64,000 nucleotides of DNA from an uncultured delta proteobacterium. GTDB taxonomy: Bacteria > Desulfobacterota > Binatia > Binatales > Binataceae. Location: the NCBI GenBank assembly GCA_963711565.1, contig CAVQEQ010000004.1:32001-96000 (forward strand). The letters are read 5' to 3'. This document shows, in pieces, positions 10,680-19,712 of the stretch. Each line of letters opens with the position of its first letter. The first letter of the stretch is position 1. Position numbers and translations under genes: made by a program. The notes beneath the pieces are model-generated. The model did no database searches. It saw nothing but the letters and a program-made list of their open reading frames with translations, and was not told where the DNA came from.

Positions 10680-11057
10680 ATGGACGGCAGACTCGGCAAG
10701 AAAATCCGGGAGTTGCGACTCAAGAAAGGGGCCACCCAAGAAGAGCTCGCAGCCGAGGTAGGTGTCGATGGCACCTACATCTCCAAAATAGAGAAAGACC
10801 GTTTGCCTTACTCGCCCTCAGCAGAAACCCTCAGGCTGATAGCCAAGGCTTTGGACTCTGATGCTCTAGACCTCTTCTCGCTCGCTCAACGAACACCGCC
10901 TGAGCTGCAGGGCTTTCTCACTACGCCCCACGCCACCGACCTTCTACGCCTCTTGGGCCGAAGTGACCTCAGCAAGAGAGACTGGAAGGCCGTCAAAGAA
11001 TTCGTGGAGGAGCGCGTAGCCGCCACTGAAGCAAAGGCGGTGAAGAACCGCAAATGA
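10680..11057 (+). CDS. XRE-family HTH regulator heading the Argonaute operon
   Basis: IRELRLKKGATQEELAAEVGVDGTYISKIEKD; ATGA overlap with the next gene. Confidence 0.9.
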   Translation: MDGRLGKKIRELRLKKGATQEELAAEVGVDGTYISKIEKDRLPYSPSAETLRLIAKALDSDALDLFSLAQRTPPELQGFLTTPHATDLLRLLGRSDLSKRDWKAVKEFVEERVAATEAKAVKNRK

Positions 11058-12016
11058 TAGTCTCGAGCTTCTCCTCGGACGCCATTCTCAGGATCTGCGA
11101 ACGCCGCTGGTTCCTTGGAAGCGTCGTCGCTCACCCGACTGCGAAGAAGGATCCACTCCGCCGTGAGGCTCATGTATTGCGGCAATTGATGCACCCTCAG
11201 GCATGGGCGGGCAGGACGGTCCATACGATTATTGAACAACTGGTTCTTCCGGCAGTTCAAAAAGGGAAATTGCCTGAAACCTGCGAATTGATTGCTTACT
11301 CTCAGGACTTGTTGAAACGGCAAGCCGAATTTTCGAGGCAACGACTATACCGCACGGTTTCCAAGAGCCGCGCGGGCGACCAATTCTGCGCCCTTTTTCA
11401 GGATGAATACGGTCAGGGTCTCAGCCCAGCCGAACTGCAGGAAGTCGAAGAGCGCGTCCGAGTTTCGCTGGCGAATGTCGCGAAACTTGGAAGTCTTTGG
11501 TCTGAAGTACGAACTTCGCAACGTGTTTTGCCGGAGAACTCATTCCGGATCATTTTGGAGGGTGCGACACTCGAAGCCAAACCTGATTTAGTCTTTCTCT
11601 CTCAAGGCGGCACGACGATCGTTGATTGGAAATGCTGGGCATCGCTTACGGCGGATCCCTCGGAACAATTGCGATTCTACGCCTATCTCCTCGCGCGATA
11701 CTGGAACACCCGTAACTTGAAAGCGAAGGATTTTCGTCTACTGGCGGTCAACTTGTTGGCCGGTTCAACCACTCGCGTCGAGTGCTCCGACGACGATCTG
11801 GATCTGTCGGATGATCGAGTAACAGAATTTCTCGAGCGGGCGCGGAATATTATCGACGGACGCTCCTGGTCACAGATCGATCTCCGCGCCCTATACGGAC
11901 CTCGCAATCCCGAGACTTGCGAAAGGTGTAAATTCCGCGGTGTATGCCGCGACGCTCTGCCTGCATCAGATGCCGTTTCGGCACCTAAGGAGGGAACCCT
12001 ATGGCTGTTCTCTTGA
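11054..12016 (+). CDS. Cas4/RecB-like PD-(D/E)xK nuclease with predicted 4Fe-4S cluster
   Basis: N-terminal Cys (ICERRWF), KPDLVF, IVDWK, EQLRFY, C-terminal CERCKFRGVC. Confidence 0.85.
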   Translation: MIVSSFSSDAILRICERRWFLGSVVAHPTAKKDPLRREAHVLRQLMHPQAWAGRTVHTIIEQLVLPAVQKGKLPETCELIAYSQDLLKRQAEFSRQRLYRTVSKSRAGDQFCALFQDEYGQGLSPAELQEVEERVRVSLANVAKLGSLWSEVRTSQRVLPENSFRIILEGATLEAKPDLVFLSQGGTTIVDWKCWASLTADPSEQLRFYAYLLARYWNTRNLKAKDFRLLAVNLLAGSTTRVECSDDDLDLSDDRVTEFLERARNIIDGRSWSQIDLRALYGPRNPETCERCKFRGVCRDALPASDAVSAPKEGTLWLFS

Positions 12017-14304
12017 CTAACACTTTTCGCATCCCCTTGCTCGATACGCTGACGGTTCCGTATAGCTGGGTCCGCTTCGACGGCTTACAAGTGACTGACG
12101 TGGAGTATGACGAAAACGTATCGCTGCTCGCCACTATACTGGGCCGAAAACTCCAGGCGCCAGTCGCTCCTGTCTGGCGAGATGAACAACAGTTGCTGGC
12201 TGTCGCGAGCACCGGCGCTACTTTACCTGAGAAAGTCAACCTGCGCGGGGCAGTCACTAAGCTCTCTCCCGAGTCCGAGACTCGCACGCTTCGCCTTGCA
12301 GGCGGCACACTACTAGAGCAGCAAGTTGCAAAGAAATTTCTTAGATGGGAGCTTCGTAGCGCTTTCTACCACGACCGACGCTTTTGGGAACATTATGGTC
12401 GGCAGGCGGAGCGCGTCCCCATGGTCATCGATGGCTACAATGGCCCGGTCGGCCTGCACCGAACGCTCGCATACGGCTTCGTTCCAACTGATGACGGTCG
12501 CTTTGAGCTATCCGTAGAGGTCGGCCTTTGCTATTTGGCTCGACGTTCGCTTCATGAAACGAGTGATCTTCAGCGTTTGAATGAACTCAAGTTTGAACGA
12601 TGCCTCTACAAACTCGGCTTGGACTGGTACGTGGTCGATGTTTCTGGACCGACGCGGAGAATTGTTGAAATTGAATTCTTCGATGACGACGTTAACAAGG
12701 TTGTGGGGCTGAGATCATTCATTCAGCATCGTTGGAGCGGAAAGGGCATTCCGCAAGTGGATGCGCTATCAGATGGAGCGCCAGCTCTCTACTACAAGAA
12801 GCCACAAGGACAGAACCGTTGGGCTCCGGCTTCATTGCTCTATCCTGTGTATTCGACTGACAGTCCGGAGGGTGCCGAAGTGCACCGGCGTGCGATCTCA
12901 GCGCCGCATTTCAGACGCAAGAATATTGAACGCGCCGTTCAAACTGTTTTCGCTGGCAAAAAGATCTTTGGTCAGCCGATGCGCGTTGAGCCGATTATGC
13001 GACAGCTCCCCGAGATGACAGCTCCCCTGCCTCGACTAGCATTTGGAGGCGATACGGAGCTCACGCTCACTTACGACAACATTGCCGATGCCAGGTGGGA
13101 CGCACTCAGGGCTCCGGGCGTTGGACCGCATGTAAAGACTCCGTTTGACCCTCAGTACGCTGTAGTGCCATCTAGCATGCCTGCGCGCATGACGGCCGAC
13201 GCCCTCCTCAAGCTCGACTTCCAAGTCCAAAAGATCTATTCGACATCGTACAAACCTAAGATCCTACTCTACGACGATCGCTCGCCCAGGCTGTCAGATC
13301 AACTTCGCGAGATCACGAGCTGCTTAAAGGGTCTTTCCGGGTACGCACTCGTCGTGTTACCAAAAACCCCCAACCCCAAACTCTATACGCACTTGAAGCG
13401 TCGACTTACCGACCTGAACATCCAATCACAATTTGCCAAGGCTAGCGCAATCGGCAGTTTTTACCACTTTGACGGACGGGGAAGCTGGACAGTTCCCGAG
13501 GCCTTGCAAAGCCGATATGCATCCTACATGCGCCATCTCGCACTCGGCGTTCTCGCCGTGAACCGAAAATGGCTATGGCGCCTCGCGGACGGGACTCTCA
13601 GTCAGCAGGCCTACATCGGTATCAACGTCCTAAAAGGGACGGCCGTGTTCACATTCCTCTATGCGGACGGGAGCGATATATACTTTCAGATCGAGAAGTC
13701 CGGCCGACAAGAGAGGCTATCCAGAGATCTGGTCCGTAACCTTCTGTTGGATCGTGTTCCTAAAGATATTGAGCGCCTTGGACTCACTGAGCTCTCTTGC
13801 ATTGTAATTTATCGAGACGGGAAGCTTTGCACTTCCGAGCGCCTCGCGCTGAAGGACGTCGCGCAACAGCTAATCGCGAAACGGGCAGTGCACGAAGATT
13901 TTGCCTTTAAGGTGATCGAGGTTCACAAGAGCAGTGCGTATCATCCTCGCCTCTTCGCAGAGCAAAACGGGCGCACCTACAACCCCCGAATGGGTACCTA
14001 TCGAATAATCCGCGATGCGGAAGCAATCCTCTGCACAACGGGAGAGCCGCTTCTTAGGCAGGGAACTGCTGACCCCGTACATCTTGTGTCGGTGCTGGGC
14101 CAGCTAAACACCTTCGATGTCGTCGACTTTAATGCTCTCAGCCATCTGGGATTCACCTCGCCGGCCGCCTGCCATCGGCTTGCGTTTCCGCTTGCGCTTG
14201 CCGACCACATACTTCGCGAACGGCAGCCTGAGCGCGCCGAGGAGCAGCCCTGGGACGATGAGCTCGATACGGCTGCTGAACTGCACGGCGCGCAGAGCCG
14301 TTAG
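12001..14304 (+). CDS. Long prokaryotic Argonaute
   Basis: 767 aa. MID Y-K-Q-K (LYTHLK, QSQ, NRK). PIWI motifs YIGINV, IYRDGK, VIEVHKS, NPRMGTY, QGTADPV, FPLALADH. RBS AAGGAGG. Confidence 0.9.
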   Translation: MAVLLTNTFRIPLLDTLTVPYSWVRFDGLQVTDVEYDENVSLLATILGRKLQAPVAPVWRDEQQLLAVASTGATLPEKVNLRGAVTKLSPESETRTLRLAGGTLLEQQVAKKFLRWELRSAFYHDRRFWEHYGRQAERVPMVIDGYNGPVGLHRTLAYGFVPTDDGRFELSVEVGLCYLARRSLHETSDLQRLNELKFERCLYKLGLDWYVVDVSGPTRRIVEIEFFDDDVNKVVGLRSFIQHRWSGKGIPQVDALSDGAPALYYKKPQGQNRWAPASLLYPVYSTDSPEGAEVHRRAISAPHFRRKNIERAVQTVFAGKKIFGQPMRVEPIMRQLPEMTAPLPRLAFGGDTELTLTYDNIADARWDALRAPGVGPHVKTPFDPQYAVVPSSMPARMTADALLKLDFQVQKIYSTSYKPKILLYDDRSPRLSDQLREITSCLKGLSGYALVVLPKTPNPKLYTHLKRRLTDLNIQSQFAKASAIGSFYHFDGRGSWTVPEALQSRYASYMRHLALGVLAVNRKWLWRLADGTLSQQAYIGINVLKGTAVFTFLYADGSDIYFQIEKSGRQERLSRDLVRNLLLDRVPKDIERLGLTELSCIVIYRDGKLCTSERLALKDVAQQLIAKRAVHEDFAFKVIEVHKSSAYHPRLFAEQNGRTYNPRMGTYRIIRDAEAILCTTGEPLLRQGTADPVHLVSVLGQLNTFDVVDFNALSHLGFTSPAACHRLAFPLALADHILRERQPERAEEQPWDDELDTAAELHGAQSR

Positions 14305-14316
14305 GAGTATGCGAAT

Positions 14317-14718
14317 ATGAGTACTACAGCTCAAGTTTATTCGAACTTCAAGACCGTTACAGATCTGTTGACCAGATTGAACGGGGCGCTCATTACCGCC
14401 AAACGGGTGGTCCTGCGTTCCGCTCCCCCACCTGAGAAGGACGCGATCGCTGAAGCGACGAGTGTGCTGACTGAGTTTTTGTCTCAACAAAGTGCTGACG
14501 ACGCCAATCGCGGCATCAGCCAACGATCTCGCGTATTCTTCCAAGCGGGAAGCAGTCGGGGTTTTAGCCTGAACCTCGAGGAGTCCGCTGGATGCCTTGC
14601 ACGGCTGCAGAAGGGCTTAACCGCCCTGGAAGCGCGAGACTTGGAGTTTCTGGAAAGAGTTGCACGCCAACTTGATCAGTCGTCGGAAAATCTCTATCGA
14701 CAAATGGCCCGAGTGTGA
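14317..14718 (+). CDS. Small all-alpha hypothetical protein in the pAgo operon
   Basis: 133 aa, amphipathic helical pattern; AGGAG overlaps the pAgo stop; GTGA overlap with the next gene. Confidence 0.75.
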   Translation: MSTTAQVYSNFKTVTDLLTRLNGALITAKRVVLRSAPPPEKDAIAEATSVLTEFLSQQSADDANRGISQRSRVFFQAGSSRGFSLNLEESAGCLARLQKGLTALEARDLEFLERVARQLDQSSENLYRQMARV

Positions 14719-15797
14719 ACCGTCTCCTACGTGGCGCACTCGTCGCGTTGGTGCAGCGACTCTCTTGTATCGACGATCTGCTTCGCCCTGCGGAATCCAC
14801 CGCGCGCCTCAAGGACCGCTGCCAAGCGGTTCGTGTCATACTCGACAAGTATCGTCGCGACGTCGGACAGGCCTTGGCTTTGCTCGACAGTGCTCCGGCG
14901 CTGATCGACGACCTCACCCGTCAGTACAACGTCACTGCACGAAGTGTATATCTCGTTGAACAGTTCGTGGCGGGTCCGCTGTCGAGATTCTCTTCGCAAG
15001 ACGAAACAATTTCGAAGCTTTGCGAGCGTATCTGCCGCGAAATCAAAGTCACCGATATTCCGATTGTGCTTACCACAGGGAACCAGTATTTTGCCGCGCT
15101 CCCTGATCACGGTCTGATCTTTTCGCCTCCCACCGAATATCGGCTGCTCCTTAACCTACCGGACCTCTATCACGAGCTCGCTCATCACCTCGATGAGCGC
15201 GGTAGCCCTCTTGTAGGTTCTCGCTTTGAACAGGCAGTGGATACTTACGAACAGCAAATCGAAGATGAAATCCAGCGCCTTTCGCGGCCCATCAACGTTC
15301 AGGAATTTCGGGGATGGTTGTTGTGCTGGCGAAACTGGTCACACGAAGTGGCAGCTGACGCGTTCGCTACATTACTTGTAGGCCCCGCTTACGCCTGGGC
15401 GAACTTCCATCTTATGCTTCGAGTGCGGACGATCTTTGGTTACACCGAAACCCATCCGGCCGACGCAGCGCGAATGGAGTTCATACTGCGTATTCTGAAA
15501 TCAAATCCGCGGTTCTCAGGCGACTTTCAACTGATTCGGCAGAAATGGCAGGCTTACCTAGATCTACGCCACCCAGATCCACCACATTTATACAATTTGC
15601 TCCATCCGCCACAATTATTTACGGCCGTTTTAGACGATGTGCGCTCCGCACTGGAAGAACATCATTTCAAAGCAGACCCTCTCGCTTGCGGCACAATTAC
15701 ACACCTCTTGAACGAAGCTTGGCGAAGACTTTTGACGAATCCGCGTGATTACAATTCTTGGGAAATGGATACGGTTGCTTTGATTTCGAATTCATAG
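14715..15797 (+). CDS. Putative zincin/gluzincin metallopeptidase
   Basis: LYHELAHH, WSHEVAADAFATLLVGPAY (third-ligand E), THPADAAR; helical N-terminus; no transmembrane segment evident. Confidence 0.7.
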   Translation: MNRLLRGALVALVQRLSCIDDLLRPAESTARLKDRCQAVRVILDKYRRDVGQALALLDSAPALIDDLTRQYNVTARSVYLVEQFVAGPLSRFSSQDETISKLCERICREIKVTDIPIVLTTGNQYFAALPDHGLIFSPPTEYRLLLNLPDLYHELAHHLDERGSPLVGSRFEQAVDTYEQQIEDEIQRLSRPINVQEFRGWLLCWRNWSHEVAADAFATLLVGPAYAWANFHLMLRVRTIFGYTETHPADAARMEFILRILKSNPRFSGDFQLIRQKWQAYLDLRHPDPPHLYNLLHPPQLFTAVLDDVRSALEEHHFKADPLACGTITHLLNEAWRRLLTNPRDYNSWEMDTVALISNS

Positions 15798-15989
15798 ACT
15801 CAAGAAATCCCACTTACGCCGACGGGTGAAGAGGCGCGCCAACTACGATCTTTTCGCGGCTATCCCGAGCCTCACAATTTCTTTTGAGCCGACTGACTTG
15901 TACCTACCGCCTTGAGCTGCGGATCGACGCCGAGATTTGAAATCCCCCATCCTGTTTCTGCAATAGAACCATTCTGCCCTCGGCTTATG

Positions 15990-16300
15990 GGCACGCGGCA
16001 CTTCGCTGTGAGCCGCCCCGCGAGCGCTCCGTAAACTCCGCGTCGCGGCTCCACACCACATCCCAACCCCGCCTGCGATCTCCGCTTCGCCGCCGCTCTC
16101 ATTGGTGGCGTTCTCTGCGCTAGCACGCCGCGCCAGCCCTTCGGGCCGCTTTCGCTCTGACACGTCCTGCCGCCCGCTCCGCTCGCGCATCTGGAATCTG
16201 CGCTGGGACCTCCAGTTCGGGTTGAGAGGTCCCCGCGAAAAATGTTGCGCGGGAATGAAAACACGAAGCACGCCCTGCCGCAGGAGCGGAAGCGGGCGAA
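15990..16300 (+). promoter_or_regulatory. Structured non-coding region upstream of ssb/ardC (Frpo/ssi-like candidate)
   Basis: Hairpins GCCC-TTCG-GGC (~16136-46) and GGGACCTC...GAGGTCCC (16205-33), repeated CGCTnCG words; position ahead of leading-region genes. Confidence 0.45.
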
Positions 16301-16314
16301 AGGAGCAAACGACA

Positions 16315-16524
16315 ATGAGACGAAGGTTCAAATGCGATCCCAAGTGGATCACCGCCCGGTATCCGGCGAAATGCGCCGAGCCGAATTGCCAGACGGGAAT
16401 CAATTCCGGCGAGCGAGCGTTCTACTACCCCAGCGATAAGGCCCTTTACGGCACTCGTTGCGGTCACGGCGAAAAGGCCGAACGCGACTTTAACGCCCAC
16501 CGGATCGACGAAGACGGATTCTAA
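16315..16524 (+). CDS. Small Cys/His-rich hypothetical protein (69 aa)
   Basis: AAGGAG RBS then MRRRFKCDPKWITARYPAKCAEPNC...CGH; first gene of the ssb cassette. Confidence 0.65.
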   Translation: MRRRFKCDPKWITARYPAKCAEPNCQTGINSGERAFYYPSDKALYGTRCGHGEKAERDFNAHRIDEDGF

Positions 16525-16557
16525 ATCAAACAGCAAAAAGAATTGGAGGTAAGTGTC

Positions 16558-16941
16558 ATGTCTATCAACAAAGCAATCGTGGTCGGAAATCTGGGCCGTG
16601 ATCCCGAGGTTCGCGCACTGCCGTCAGGGCAGAACGTGGCGAATTTCTCGCTGGCGACGACCGAGCGTTTCACGGATCGGAGCGGTACCAAGCAGCAGCG
16701 TACCGAATGGCATCGCGTGGTCGCATTCGGACCGCTTGCGGATACGTGCCAACGGTTCTTGAGCAAAGGCCGTCAGGTTTATATCGAGGGTCGGCTCACT
16801 ACCCGCCAGTACGAAGCGAAGGACGGAAGCGGCACGCGCTATCGAACCGAAATCGTCGCCCTGCAAATGCGTTTGCTAGGGAATCGGAAGAACGGTAGCG
16901 CCGCGCCGAAAGCAGAGGCATCCGACGACATCCCGTTTTAG
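16558..16941 (+). CDS. ssb: Single-stranded DNA-binding protein
   Basis: INKAIVVGNLGRDPE, TEWHRVV, VYIEGRL, C-terminal DDIPF; RBS GGAGGT. Confidence 0.97.
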   Translation: MSINKAIVVGNLGRDPEVRALPSGQNVANFSLATTERFTDRSGTKQQRTEWHRVVAFGPLADTCQRFLSKGRQVYIEGRLTTRQYEAKDGSGTRYRTEIVALQMRLLGNRKNGSAAPKAEASDDIPF

Positions 16942-16956
16942 TTCCCACCACGCGAC

Positions 16957-16982
16957 GGGAGAGCCGCGAAAGCGGTTCTCCC
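16957..16982 (+). other. GC-rich hairpin with GAAA tetraloop between ssb and ardC
   Basis: GGGAGAGCCGC-GAAA-GCGGTTCTCCC. Confidence 0.6.
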
Positions 16983-17016
16983 TCAATTATTCAAATCACA
17001 ATCGGAGACTACGGAA

Positions 17017-17889
17017 ATGGACATCTACGCAATCGTGACCGACAAGATAATCAATCTACTTGAACAAGGCGTCGTGCCGTGGCGCAGGCCGTGGACCTCA
17101 GCCGGACTGCCGCGCAATCTTGTGAGCAAGAAGCCATATAGAGGAATCAATCATTTTCTACTTTCCGTATCGAAGTATGTTTCACCGTTTTGGCTGACAA
17201 TGCGCCAGGCTAACGAACTTGGCGGACACATCCGCAAAGGCGAGGAAAGCACGGTTGTCGTGTTCTGGAAGGTTGACGATACGAAACAAAGCACCAGAGA
17301 CCTCGACACCGAGGAGACCGACGGGAAGGCGCGACGACGGTTCTTGCTCAGATATTATCGCGTGTTCAACCTCGAACAATGCGAGCTTCCGCAAGCGGTA
17401 CTCGACAAGCTGCCGAAGATCGAGACGCACGAGCACGATCCGATCGAAGCGGCCGAACGGATCATCGCCGTAATGCCCAACCCGCCGGAGGTTCAGCACG
17501 CAGGATCAAAAGCGTTCTACAGCCCGATCACAGATCGAATCACTCTGCCGCCGCGCGAACTTTTCGCGAGCGCTGAAGAATATTACGCCACAGCGCTGCA
17601 CGAGACCGTCCACAGCACCGGCCATCAGAAGCGCCTTGCGCGAGAAGGGATTTGCGAAGTCGCTCCGTTCGGTTCCGCCGTCTACTCAAAAGAAGAATTG
17701 TGCGCGGAAATGGGAGCCGCCTATCTTTGCGCGGAAGTCGGCATTACAGCTGCAGTCATCGATAATCAGGCCGCGTACGTGGCCGGCTGGCTAAAGAAAC
17801 TCCGCGACGATCGCAAGCTCCTGATACACGCCGCCGCGCAAGCGCAGCACGCCGCGGATTATATCCTCCGGGCCCCGCATGCAGTCTGA
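17017..17889 (+). CDS. ardC: ArdC-family antirestriction protein
   Basis: VPWRRPW, YRGIN, VFNLEQ, ALHETVHSTGH, YSKEELCAE. Confidence 0.92.
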   Translation: MDIYAIVTDKIINLLEQGVVPWRRPWTSAGLPRNLVSKKPYRGINHFLLSVSKYVSPFWLTMRQANELGGHIRKGEESTVVVFWKVDDTKQSTRDLDTEETDGKARRRFLLRYYRVFNLEQCELPQAVLDKLPKIETHEHDPIEAAERIIAVMPNPPEVQHAGSKAFYSPITDRITLPPRELFASAEEYYATALHETVHSTGHQKRLAREGICEVAPFGSAVYSKEELCAEMGAAYLCAEVGITAAVIDNQAAYVAGWLKKLRDDRKLLIHAAAQAQHAADYILRAPHAV

Positions 17890-17893
17890 AAAT

Positions 17894-17926
17894 CGGCGGC
17901 GCCCGCGCGATGCGCGGGCGCCGCTG
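17894..17926 (+). terminator. Stem-loop after ardC
   Basis: CGGCGGCGCCCGCGC-GAT-GCGCGGGCGCCGCTG; weak U-tract. Confidence 0.55.
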
Positions 17927-18361
17927 TACTGTCAATCACTCTCCCAGTGCTGGCACCAGATTCTTGGATATTAGTCTCTCGATCTCCGTCTTCGGAATTC
18001 GAATCTAGCGGTGATCGCCCAGGCGAAGGACGCCTATCTGGCTCTTATCAATCATCTCGTACACTGCCGAATTGGAGACTGCGAGCATTGCCGGTTAATC
18101 TGCAACAAGCAACATGGGCGCACGCACGCAACGCACTCAGGCGCGTTCATAATTAACAGGCTCGCAGCGCCGGTCTCTCCAATCGACCAAAGATGATCGC
18201 TTACTCCGGCTTCCGGCGGCCAAACCAGTTTGCTGCAAAAATGACCGGGGATACGGCTGCCAGCGCTGACGACGCCGCTTACGGTGTCAGTGCAAGACCT
18301 GGCCGAGTTGCCCTACGGTCCCCGGTCACTTCGACGGTACCGGCGCTCGATCAGAACATCA

Positions 18362-19288
18362 CTAGTGGGAAGATGTCCGGCGCAACATGCGCCCACTATT
18401 GACAGGGGGTCCATCGTCCATTCTTGCCGGGCCCTTCGCGGTAATTTTTTGAAGTGTCTGGAGTTGTTGAGGCCACAGCAGTCCATGCAGCGACCAGGGT
18501 TTTCCAAGTGCCGCACGCTCTGTCTCGCCATCGACGAGCAGCTGGCCTCGCCGTACGTAGTCAAGGACTCGCTGGCGCCGCCATCCAAATATTGGAAAAT
18601 GTGAAGGCGGTTTCACATCACTGGTGAGTAGATAAACGTTCTTCTGCCATACGTCCCATGCAATCAGAGGAAACCGGAACATCAGCGGCTCAATCTTCGG
18701 AACTACCGAACCGGCTGGGGTAATCGCGTAACGCTGAAAAACTCCTTTGGCGTCGAAGAGGTTTCGTCGAGCGGTCGCGTAAGCCGGCAGGGATGCGCCG
18801 AGATCGCACAGGAACTCATGGCTCATCAGCAGATGAGGAGTCGCATCTATCCTTCCAATGCTTCGAATCCACTCGGCCGGACTGTCGGTCTGAGGACGAC
18901 GTACCAATCCCGGATCGTAGAGCCACGACTGCAGCCACGCGTCGAGAGCGTACCAAACGTCCAACGCTTCATCCGTAACTGCATGAATTCCGCGTGGCTT
19001 GCCTCTGCAGTAGTGTTCGCGAAGTATACGCCAATAGCTGAATGCTTTTTCACCGTACACATTCAAGGCGCAGAAGATTGTGAACTGCCGGCTTGATGGA
19101 AACTTGCCCGCAGGAAGGTAGCGCGTGAAATCGTTCAATGACCTCGCATACTCAAGCCGGCGTGAAGATTGTATATTGCCCCATTCCTGTTTTAATTCAG
19201 GTCTATCCTGCGGTTGGCCGTCCGACCGATCGAACTCAGCAAATGCGCGCTCAAGATCGTGAAGCAGCGCGAAAACTTGGGGTTTCAT
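18362..19288 (-). CDS. Hypothetical protein (308 aa)
   Basis: Long ORF in an otherwise unassigned interval; no motif recognised. Confidence 0.55.
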   Translation of the reverse strand: MKPQVFALLHDLERAFAEFDRSDGQPQDRPELKQEWGNIQSSRRLEYARSLNDFTRYLPAGKFPSSRQFTIFCALNVYGEKAFSYWRILREHYCRGKPRGIHAVTDEALDVWYALDAWLQSWLYDPGLVRRPQTDSPAEWIRSIGRIDATPHLLMSHEFLCDLGASLPAYATARRNLFDAKGVFQRYAITPAGSVVPKIEPLMFRFPLIAWDVWQKNVYLLTSDVKPPSHFPIFGWRRQRVLDYVRRGQLLVDGETERAALGKPWSLHGLLWPQQLQTLQKITAKGPARMDDGPPVNSGRMLRRTSSH

Positions 19289-19712
19289 TCCCTACTTCCC
19301 AGACCCAGGCGATGATAGCAGGAACCCCCGCGGACCGGTCATTCGAATCAACGAGCTTCCGTCGTGCCGGTGCTTCGTGCGTGGATTTCCTCGTCGGCCG
19401 CGCCATTACGCCGATCGTGCCCGCGTAAGTTTCGTTTATGAGTACAAAGGCGCAGCGTTCCAAGCTGGAAGAACTGGGCTACACCGACGATCAAATCGCC
19501 AAGCCCGCAGAAGCGCACGGCATCTTGAAGATCGGAACTAAGGCTTCAGCTTGAGCCCATTGCGCATGTGGATTTTTGTTCACAGACGGTTTAAGAATAT
19601 CGCCGATGGATTCCTCTACAACGAGGAGTGCATTCTGTACAGGATCGGCGCGCTTACCGCCTCTCCTTGCTCGGGTAGGTATACACTTTAATTGTGCACA
19701 GGGGAAAATGAA

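Noticed and set aside
11054-12016. Cas4-like gene as evidence of a CRISPR-Cas locus
   Set aside because: No cas1/cas2, other cas genes or repeat-spacer array seen in the window.
15843-16403. 186-aa and 147-aa minus-strand ORFs
   Set aside because: Low-complexity translations over a structured GC-rich region, overlapping a better-supported plus-strand gene.
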